From positions 82,276,001-82,340,000 of the forward strand of contig NC_058368.1 in NCBI RefSeq assembly GCF_018350175.1: a stretch of 64,000 nucleotides of DNA, read 5' to 3'. Source of the DNA: Felis catus (Eukaryota). The translations under genes and the position numbers were made by a program. This document shows positions 12,636 to 22,200 of the stretch, piece after piece; the first letter of the stretch is position 1, and each line of letters begins with the position of its first letter. The notes below the pieces were generated by a model that did no database searches, was not told the DNA's origin, and saw nothing but the letters and a program-made list of their open reading frames with translations.

Positions 12636-12738
12636 GGGGACCTGGCTCAGTCAGAAGAGCGTTCAACTCTGGATCTTGGGGTCTGTAGTTGGAGCCCCAC
12701 GTGGGTATAGAGATTCCTTAAATAAAACTTTAAAAATA
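12636..12738 (+). mobile_element. Short older Can-SINE
   Basis: GGGGACCTGGCTCAGTCAGAAGAGC...GAGCCCCACGTGGGTATAGAGAT followed by an A-rich tail. Confidence 0.7.
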
Positions 12739-12973
12739 CATTTACTGTATATGCACACTAAACATTTGTGCTTCTAAATAAACAAAGCAAGCATTGACAG
12801 ACTTGAAGGGAGAGATAGGCAGTTCTACAATAACATAGGGGCATCCATACCCTGCCTCCAAAAATGGGCAGAACCAACAAGAACACAGAGGTCCTGCACC
12901 AGCCTATAGACCAACTGGACCTAGCTGACATGCAGAAAACTCAACCCCAAAACAGCAGAGCACACATTGGTCT

Positions 12974-13218
12974 CAGGTGCATCTGGATCCCTCTCTGGGG
13001 TGAGTTCCCTGTAGACTGTCTACACCACGGGGGACAGCAGTGCCCGGAGAGTGTCAGGTGAGCCTGGGTCCCTCTCCAGGGTGAGGTCCCCGCAGACTGT
13101 CTACACCACAGGGGACAGCAGTGCACGGAGACTGTCAGGTGCACCTGGGTCCCTCTCCAGGGTGAGGTCCCCGCAGACTGTCTACACCAGGGGTGGGGGT
13201 GGGGACAGCAGGGCCCCA
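12974..13218 (+). repeat. 81-bp-unit minisatellite, ~3 copies
   Basis: Units start with CAGGTG at 12974, 13055 and 13136 (81-bp period). Shared core AGACTGTCTACACCA. Confidence 0.9.
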
Positions 13219-14777
13219 GGCTCACGTAAGACTCTTCACTCCACTGCTGTCCCACACTCTGGTTCTTGGACGGATGGGAGATTTGAGTGGGACGAGACTG
13301 GAGGAAGGAAAAAGAGGTGAGTTACTTTCCAGCTGTCAGGGAAGAGGATGGTAGGGTGGCAGCGGGGTGGCAGAGGAGATGGAAAAAAGTGGAAGAAGTC
13401 AAGATATTTTGAATTGGTGACCTGTTTTAATTACTGAGGGCAAGTGAGGTATTTGACTTCTACCTAGGTTTCGAGTGCGTACGAGCGGGTGGACATCGTC
13501 CATTTCCTGCACTGGCGGATGCTCAGCAGAGGAATGGTTTGCTGAAGTCAGGAGTTGGTGATCGTTTGTCTCAAATGACATTTGCCTCACCGTGAAGCTG
13601 TGTGCCTCCGGCCTCCCCTTGGTGGCCCACCAGGGTGTCCACGAAGCCAAGGCTTTAAACAGCTTTCCCCAAGGGAAGCTGTGTTGTAGAGGGCAGCCAT
13701 CCTAGACGGAGGAAGTTCAGGTGTGAGCTGTGCCAGACCCTTGCAGGAGTGTAGGGAGGAGAGAAAGCACTCTCAAGGGCCTAGTGACGTCCCGCTTTCT
13801 GCTGCCTGACCTGGAGGGCTCTTGGGGGACCAAAACTGCCCTGTGTGGCCCTCCTTCCCCAGCTGCCCACACCCCCTCGTCCCGGCCCACTGCTCTGCAT
13901 TTGGGCTCTTGGGTCAGACTTTGCTCCTCCGTATCCCTAAGGACCCTCAGCATCCCCTGGAAAGCTCTGTGCAGCACACACTTGCACTCTGGAAACTGGT
14001 ATCTGAACGCCTTACATCTAGGAAATATGGTCTCATTAATATCGGCAGGAGACAGGTGCTACCCTCCTCCACCCCCAGGGAAGCCCGAGAGTCACCGCCG
14101 CTGGGAAGAAGCTGAGAATTGGAGGAAGCCCTCCTGTTCCGAGGCCCCTACACACGACTTTGGCTCCAGAACAGCAATTCCACGCGGGCCTGGTTTCAAG
14201 CGCTCTGGTCTCCAAGGCATCGTCTGCATGTTGGTGCTGTGGCCCCAGCCAGGCCGAGGGGGGCAGCCCCACTTCCTTGGCCCCTGCGTGGTGCTTCTGA
14301 GCCCAGACTGTGTGAATCTGCCTCTCATTTAGCAATCCTCTATCTTGTTCGTCTGTACAATATCGGCACTCAGAGTGTGGGGAGTGAGCGATGCAGGAAA
14401 GAAAACTTTTGAAACTGTGGTCTGTCTTCTTACCGAAGACCTATATTTCTATCTACTTATTTCTCAGCTAGAGGCATCTGAGCATCAGAGGGGCTGAAGA
14501 TTATCCGAGGCCGTCTGACTCTTCCTGTCAGCTTCGTTGTGGCAGGTGGGCTGGGGGCCCCTCTCTGACCTGGGAGGTAAACGGATAGGTAGCAGGGAAG
14601 TGGCTGGAGGCACTCAGTGGTACATAAGGTCAAGTTTCCCCAAACCGCCATATTCTCTGGTGCTTTCATGCCCCGTGACAGTAGCTGGATTCTATGGAGG
14701 AAGGAAATGACATAGGGGGACATGGGTATTTCCACCTCACATTGTAGGAGTCCATAGAAAAGAATCTTGTTGACATC

Positions 14778-14998
14778 TTTTTTTTTTTTTTTTTAATTTT
14801 TTTTTTTATTTTTGGGACAGAGAGAGACAGAGCATGAACGGGGGAGGGGCAGAGAGAGAGGGAGACACAGAATCGGAAACAGGCTCCAGGCTCCGAGCCA
14901 TCAGCCCAGAGCCTGATGCGGGGCTCGAACTCACGGACCGCGAGATCGTGACCTGGCTGAAGTCGGACGCTTAACCGACTGCGCCACCCAGGCGCCCC
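14778..14998 (-). mobile_element. Young felid-type Can-SINE (SINEC_Fc-like) nested at the tail of an older SINE
   Basis: CpG-intact body and long poly(T). Duplicated GACATC(T)n at 14772 and 14999. Confidence 0.95.
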
Positions 14999-15004
14999 GA
15001 CATC

Positions 15005-15220
15005 TTTTTTTTTTTTTAAGTTTTTAAAATTTATTTTGAGAGAGAGAGAGAGAGAGACAGAGACAGAGAGCAAGTGGGGGAGGGGCAGAGAGAGAGGGAG
15101 AGAGGGAATCCCAAGCAGCCTCTATCCTATCAGTGCAGAGATCTGCACAAACCGTGAGATCCTGACCTGAGCCAAAATCAAGAGTCGGACACTTAACCGA
15201 CTGGGCCCCCCAGGCACCCC
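15005..15220 (-). mobile_element. Older Can-SINE (host of the nested insertion)
   Basis: Ends ...CCCAGGCACCCC. Outer TSD GAATCTTGTTGACATC (14762-14777) versus GAATCTTGTCGACTTC (15221-15236). Confidence 0.9.
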
Positions 15221-17479
15221 GAATCTTGTCGACTTCTGAGCCAGGGTAGTGTGAAGTCTCACAGAACGAGCTCTCTAGAAGGACTGTGTAGTTAAAAGGC
15301 GAAGACGGATGGGGATTTCTCTCACCGCAGAAGCCAGAGAACATTGCAGGGGAGGAGTAAAGGACATGTGTCCAAGCAGTAAACAGGCTGGGGAGATAAT
15401 CGGAGTGAGTTAGATGCCTTGGTCTAGAATCTGTCAGATCTGAGGACTTCTTGCCAAAGGGCTGGGGCTTCAGCCTGAAAACGAGCGTGCAAGTCTTTTA
15501 AGATGTGAGTAAGTGCTGGGAGCATCGTACCCAAGAGGGTCCAGGACTGGCCCTCCTCCCAAGAGGGGGACTTTGAATTTGACCAGACATTTTCAAAATG
15601 AATCATGACATAGGATGAGTCGGGTGCCTCTATGTGTGGGGGTGGAGGGGTGGTGGCTACAGAATCTGTCAGTGGGGCTTGGAAGCAGTGACCTCTCTGG
15701 AGAGGGCCAGGGATGTCCCTCCAGGTGAAGTAGGCACACTGATTTACTTCTATTTTATGAAACACACAATGAGCAAAGTTTTCTAAAGATGTCCGTATGT
15801 TTTACCAAAGAATGAGAAAATGTCACTTGTCCATATTGGGAACATTCTCCAACATACCTCCCATGAGCCTCTGTCTTCCCACCTCTTGATGTCACCATGG
15901 CCACAGTGACCCAAGAAGGTGGAAAACAGGAAACTGCTGAAGACAGGACCAGTGTCATCAAGGAGGGAACCAAAGGCAAATCAGGTATTTAACAAACACT
16001 TAGCATTACAATTTTCCAGGGATTAGAAACTGTTCTGTCCGTAAAGGGCAGTTTAATGGGGGTAGGGGTGCAGGGGTAAGGGTTTGTACCATGCCCTGAG
16101 ACTCAACAGGGCAGGTTCACAAAGAAAAAGGGAGCTTCTGGGAGAGGAGGACTTCTGGGAAGGATCTAATCATTTTGTTCTCATGAACACGGAACAGAAC
16201 CACTTTCACGCGGTAGCCTTCATGACAATCACGGCTGAATGCCAGCTACTGAGGTGTGGGTAAGTCAACGCCCGAATGAAAGCATCGCTAAAAGTCATGC
16301 TTCCCGAACAACCCCCGCCCCAGATAGAGAGTGGACACTGGGGGGTCAGGTGGACGCAGGCAGTCACAGGCTCACTGCTCATCAGGAAGCAGGCATTTCT
16401 GCAATCTAGTCTAGAGACTTCAAGGCAGGGCAGTGGCCACAAACATTTGGATCTTCAACCAAAAATTTTAGGAATTATGCTACCTTGGAACACAGAAATA
16501 GGTGTTCAGCGAGAGGCAAAAAACAACTCCAATTTTTTGCTCTTTCCCCGAGGAAACCAGGGCCTCTCGAGCTGTCTCACTGCCATGGTAGCTCTTGCGA
16601 GTTCAGCATTGTCTCACTCGCTACCGTGATTTCTCTACAGACATCACTTAGAGTACTGGGGGTGGCTGTCTTGTGTGAATATTGTGGAATGACCAGAATC
16701 TTGAATTCGTGGGGGGATTAAGATTCTGATCCTCTCTCTTTCTGAGCCCCCAGCTCTCACCGAGAGGCTTGATGCCCCATGTACAGGGTCCAAGGGCTGA
16801 AGTGGGGCCTCTAGCCTGTGGGCAAATACTCAAATACAGCAAAAAATAAAGACATACTGTGCAAGGAGAATGGAGCTAGGACATGTGACCACTGGAGGGA
16901 CAACACGGAGGTTGCGGGTTCCGATACCCCAGGGACCTGCTAAGGGGCCAAGAACTGTATAAGCTGCACCAGCAGAGAAGTACGACGTCCTCCAGGCAGG
17001 AACTTACAGGACTGCCTCTCCCCAACACCTCCACCCTCCACGTTTCTTTGGTGCTCATTGTGTGCTAATCAGCACAAAGAAGGTGCAGCATTCTGCTGTC
17101 TTCCAGAAGAAACCAAGGCTGAGTGTGGTGTTAACAGGTGAGGTGGCTGGTCAGGCAGCAGTTAGGGAAGCAGCACTAGACGTGAAAGGGAACCACGGCT
17201 GCCCCCACAGGGCAGAGAGGCCTTTGCGCTGTGCTCCTCACCGCACACTATGCTGCAGCCCTGAACTTTGGACTCCAGCCGGCCCTCTGCTGGGTCTCTA
17301 GCCCCTGGGGGCCCTGGCCCTGCCGGTGGTGGGCTCCAGGGAGAAGTCTCCAGAGCCTGGGGTGCACCAGGCCCACCCAGCGATGAGGAGAAAACTGGCT
17401 GCCTGATTTTCCTCCTGAGCACCCCACCGGGATGTGGGGACTCGGGCTCAGGCTGGGTGTGGGCATGATCGCTGGCCCC

Positions 17480-18250
17480 ACAGGTACACGTGGACACCAG
17501 GTGGGCAGGGCCCTCTGCACTGTGGGCACGCACCCCCAATCTTCTCTGTGCACCTACACGCACACATGAGCAAATACAGTCACGGCACAAACCCAGCTGG
17601 CCTTTCTCTTCCACAAGCACGCATGCACACGTGTACACATAAACTGCCCACCTCTTCTCCACGTGAGCACACACCCGGCCTTTCTTCCTCTGTGTGCAAT
17701 CACACATGCACACAGCTGGCCTCTATCAAAACGTCCACACACCTCCGCCTCTTTCCTCCAAGGGCATGCACGCCTGCACGTGCACACTCCAACCCCCCTC
17801 TCCACGTAAACGCCTGTGCGCACTAAATCTACCCTCCTTCTGCCTGCATGAACACACACCCACAAATACACTCATGTGCACGTGCACACACCTGGCCTCC
17901 TCTCTCCCTGGCGTATGCCCGTGGACCCTCTCTCTCCTCCACCCCTGCACACACCTGGCGCCTCTCCAAGTCTGTGCGCACACTGGCATGTGCACACTCC
18001 CGGCCCTTCCCTAGGTGTGCGCCCACCTCTGACCCCTCACTGAGCGTGCACGCACACCGGCACGTACACCGGCACGTACACTCCGCCGACTCTTCTCCCA
18101 GTGTGCGCGCACACCGGCACGTGCACACCTCCGGCTCCGATCCAGGTGGGCGCACACCTCCATCCCCTCTCCAAGAGCGCGCGCACCGCGGCGTCTCCGC
18201 GCCAGGCTCTGCGTCTCGGTCCCCGTCCGGCGCGCACGCGCACACTCACC
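17480..18250 (+). repeat. CA-rich low-complexity tract upstream of the TFDP1 promoter
   Basis: Recurrent GTGCACAC, CACGTG and CACAC words interspersed with CT-rich runs. Confidence 0.75.
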
Positions 18251-19150
18251 CGCACCCGCCCGCGCTGAGCCCATCCCCCTCGGAGCGCGCGCGGGCCGCA
18301 CCGGCGGGAGGAGGAGGAGGAGGAGGGCGGCGAAGGCGCGAAAAGGCGCGCAGGCGCGCTGCGGGAGCCGGCCCGCCGCCCACGTCACGTCGCCGCGCCG
18401 CGCACGTCACGCCGCCCGACGCCCGCTCGCAGGGTGAGCCCCGCGCGCCGGCGCCTCGCAGGGCAGGGACCCCGGGGCCGAGCGCGCCGCCGGGACCCCG
18501 CCCGTGCCCGCGCGCCGGAGCGAGCCAGGTGCGGCGGGCCGGGGTCCCGCGGGGGGCGCAGGCGCGCGGGGCGCCCGCCCCTGTCCCGCCGCCGTCCCGC
18601 CGCGTGTGCGCGCCGGCTCCGCGGCTCCCGCGCCTTGGGCCCCGGGCGCCCCGCTCCCGCGCCGCCGTCGGGGACTCCGGGGTGGCCCGGCGGGGTCGCG
18701 GTCGGGTCGGGGGTCGGGGTCCCGGGCGGGGCCTGCGGGCGGGCGTCCCGCGGAGCAGCGGCGCGAGCGCCCGGCGGGGTCGAGGGCCGGGGTCGGCCCG
18801 AGCGCGGGGTCGGGGCCCCCGCGGGCGCGGCGCGGGGTGGGGGCGGCGCTGACCCGACTGCCGGTTCCGGCGCGGGAGGCGCGCGCGCGCGGCGGCGGCG
18901 GCGGCTGCGGCGGCGGCCGGGTGACAGGCCCGCTGGGCCGGAAGACCACCTGTCACGGTGGCGGGGGGTGCAGGGGGGACCGGGGGTGGCAGGGTCTTTG
19001 TGTGGGCCGGGCGGGGTGTAGGGGGAGGCTGTATTTGCTCTCGGGCGGCGCCGGCGGGCAGCTTCCCCCAGGGTGGGCTGCGGGTCTGGAAAGCAGGGCT
19101 CCTGCCACCCGGAGGGTCCCTTGGGGGTGGCGGTTCCGGGGGGCCAGGCG
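18100..19150 (+). promoter_or_regulatory. TFDP1: TFDP1 CpG-island promoter with E2F, NRF1-like and CRE/UPRE-like motifs
   Basis: Extremely CpG-dense. GGCGCGAAAA (E2F) at 18335-18344, GCGCAGGCGC (NRF1-like) at 18348-18357, CACGTCAC at 18381 and 18403. Directly upstream of the ATG-containing exon. Confidence 0.9.
18400..18528 (+). other. TFDP1: TFDP1 non-coding exon 1 (TSS not resolved)
   Basis: Donor GAGCCAG|GTGCGG at 18529 inside the CpG island. A non-coding first exon is expected from the known mammalian gene structure. An alternative donor AGG|GTGAGC lies at 18434. Confidence 0.55.
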
Positions 19151-19275
19151 TGGATGGTTTATTCACTTGGTTTTCGGTTCTTACTCATTTCTTGGTTTTC
19201 ATTCTTTCTTACCAGGAAAATTAGTCTTCTCTGGAGGGTGAACGTTTATAGCATCGACTTCACGGATCTGGTAAC

Positions 19276-19287
19276 ATGGCAAAAGAT
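19276..19287 (+). CDS. TFDP1: TFDP1 exon 2 coding part (MAKD); whole exon 19216-19287
   Basis: Acceptor TTCTTTCTTACCAG|G, strong Kozak AACATGG, donor GAT|GTAAGT. Confidence 0.95.
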
Positions 19288-22200
19288 GTAAGTATATCTG
19301 CTTCGTGCTACAGACACGTTTCCCTGGCACCACGTCCTTCGTACTTTCCCCACCTGGTTCGGCGCCATGACGCACAAGCTGCGGTGCAGTTTCTGTTCAG
19401 ACCTTGGAGCAGGTGAAACGGGTTCAAGGTGGAAGGATGTACGGAACCCGGTGGGCTCTGTGGACGTGCGTGTCTCGCTTCTGCGGCGCCTGAGTGACAC
19501 CACGGACTTTCTTAGTCTTTGCAGGCCGCGTGAATTCTAGTTCCATTGCTATGTAGAATGACACCTTTAGGCGAGGTCAGGTGCCCAGACTGGGGCTGGT
19601 CATGTGTGCAGTGATCCTGAGCACCTGTTCTGTGTGGGGTGTAGGCAGTTACTTCACCTTTCATCCGTAAAGCGGTAAGCACTTGCTTTGGCCCCCCCCC
19701 CCCGCCTTTTTTTTTCCTCAGAAAAATGAAATTTGGTGACTCATGAATTGTGAAAAATTCTACTTTAGCTTTTTCTGGATTTGTCACAAAACTGTAGAAT
19801 ACACTGAATAATTTTTTGAAACTTTTTCCAAGAAACTGGCTTTTAGGTTCAAAAATAGTGTGTTTTATTGATCCCGTAGTTCTTTGCTGCGCTTTCTCCC
19901 ACCCAGGCCTACCTTCCGTGCCTCTGGGGATGTGCTGTCTTGTCAGCATCAGGGGAAGGGGGCTGCGTGTCTCTTACCTGTTGCACAGGTTGCAGGTACG
20001 GTCCAGATGAGCTGCGTCTGCCCGGAACATGAGATGTAGAGAAAACGTGTCTCACGTCTGTGGAACCAAATCATAGGTGTAAGCCTTACGTTCGGTTCAG
20101 AGGTTTTAACGTTCTCCGGAAAGCCTAAGTGAACATGTGGCTCGCTCTCAGTGACGGTTGGGCACGCACTCGTGTAGGCTCCCACTCTCCAGCACTGGGG
20201 TTAGTCCGGCAGAGAATACATACTGCATCCTGCGCGCTGTGGCTGAGGTTCAAGTCATGATCCGTACGCGACTCAAGGCTGAGGTTATCGCCTCTGGTTA
20301 CATTTGTTGGTGGCCATGCACTTTTCTCTGGGAATTATCCCCCAAACATGCCCGGCAGTGGTATGTGCTCAGGGGCAGGTGATGTCAGTGTGTCGGAGGG
20401 AGCCTGTGCCAGAGCGCAGATTGTGCATTCTGGGAACCACGTTTCTTTATTAACTGAGTGACTCTTTGGAGTTCGTGGTGGCCTCTGGGGATGCAAAGAC
20501 AGTCAAGGCCACTGCCATCTCCTCTGACGGTCACAGAAGCAGCCTCTGCACCGTCCTTTGTTGCAGCACGAGGGGTGGCGCGGTGGAGGCTTGGGCGCCA
20601 TGAGCATAGTGGACCCGTTTGGGCTGACAGGTGGTGTGAGGAGAAGCAGAGATGAAGTGCTTTCCCAGTCCCGACAGCTGGGGACGTCAGGTGTGGCTGG
20701 AACCAGGTCTCAGCAGGGCTGGTGGACTGGACTGGAATGGGGTCGTGGTCCAGGGAAAGGCATTTAGCCTTTTCTCAGCTGCCTTACGTGGGGTGTGACA
20801 TCTAAGTTTGGGCAGGTGACTCTGGCAGCCAGTGGTGGGGAGTAGTGGGCAGTGTCAGCAGTTGGAGCTCAATGTAGGGTCAAAGCCTAAGCACAGGCGG
20901 GAGCCCAGCCCCTTGGGTTGGAGAGCGTGGGCTGGGACCCCGGCTTTACAGAGTTCTGGGGTCTCTGGAAGGCTGGAGGGGGCTGGAGTTAGGTCCTAGG
21001 GGTCACCGTGAAGGAGGACAAGTTTAGGAGACAGGCGAGGGCTCAGCCAAGCAGACTTGGTGCAGAGGATGAGGGAAGGTGGCACGGCAGCTTCCTCCCT
21101 CCAGTGGAGGCCCAGGAGCCCCTGCAGGTTTTGGGGGTGCTGCCCAAGAAATAGGCGGACGGCTTGAGCCTGTTGACTTGGGGTGGTGGGAGTGGGGCCG
21201 GCGACAGTGATGGCTGTCCTGACAGTGAGCCGTGGCCTGGGTGGGCATCTAGGCACGCAGACTACTGTTGCAGGCTAACCCTGCAACCTGCGTCTCTGGT
21301 GGAGGGGCTTGATGCTGGAAAGACTTGTATCTTTTCACTCGTATAGTAGGTGTGTTTCAATTCGGAGTTGACAGGAGCCAGGCCCCCTGGTTTCTGTGTG
21401 CTATGTGCCTGCCTCAGTTCTTGGCCTATGGGCACAAGGTGGAAATGCCCGAGTTGAGGGTGGCCTGCTGGTTTTGTTCACGTGTCCATCCTGTCCGTCC
21501 TTTGCTATTTGTGGAGTGCCTGTGCCCAGCGGGGAGCACGGTGTGCTGTTCTGCTCTCCTGAAGCTCCTGGTGGTGGGAGATGGCAGACGAGTTGGGGTG
21601 CTTGGGGCATGGGTGAAGGGCCGAGTTGGGGGCATGGGGAGGCCTGGGGGCAAGGGGTCCGGAGGGGGACTAAGGACATGGAGGGGACCCAGGGGGATTA
21701 TGCGGGGGCCCTGGGGACAGGAGGTCTAGAGGCAGGGGTCTAGGGGCAGTGGGGAGGCATGGGAGGCTGGGGCACGGAGGGGCCAGGAGTAGGGCATGGG
21801 GGGGGGCGCTCTGGGACAGGAGGGCATGGGGGGGACCTGGGGACGGGTCACTGGGCTGGGGCATGGGAAGGCAGGGCAGGGGTGACTGGGGGCCGGGGCC
21901 CATGAGGAAACAGTGCTGTTTCATGGAGATGGGAGGTCAGGAAGAGCTTGGAGGTGGGTGTGTGGGGCTCCAAGAGCCTGGACCTGGAGCCTAGGTGCTC
22001 TGGCACCGACTGCACTTTGTGTCTTCTGTCTCTAGAACAAATAAAGATTTGCATGTGTTTAAAAAGGAAATCAAGACACAACACTGTAATTCCTCTGCTT
22101 AAAAAAGCCTTGCGTTTTCTAGCAACATGTGAAAAGCAGCCTGATTCCCTGGTAATTAGTAGCTGGCCTTTTGTCTTGCAAGCGTGTCTCTTCACCTGGA

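Larger units (their letters stand above)
11480..13000 (+). mobile_element. Decayed LINE-1 fragment (ORF1 and ORF2 endonuclease region) interrupted by SINEs
   Basis: AATGGATTAAACTCACCCATCAAAAGACACAGATTGGCAGAGTGG (~12308) encodes NGLNSPIKRHRLAEW, the L1 APE endonuclease N-terminus. ORF1-like sequence lies upstream. Confidence 0.8.

Noticed and set aside
14457..14530. RVRRPRIIFS peptide on the minus strand resembling a homeodomain N-terminal arm
   Set aside because: A stop follows within ~12 codons and no helix-3 WFxN motif is seen. Chance match.
13300..16900. Possible degraded ERV internal sequence or hidden exons
   Set aside because: No recognisable gag, pol or env motif, LTR pair or primer-binding site that I could support by eye. 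Needs RepeatMasker or tblastn.
17848..19241. Long Arg/Gly/Pro/Ala-rich ORFs (334, 306 and 245 aa) over the TFDP1 promoter
   Set aside because: Stop-codon depletion in a CpG island. Open in several frames on both strands, with no domain signature.
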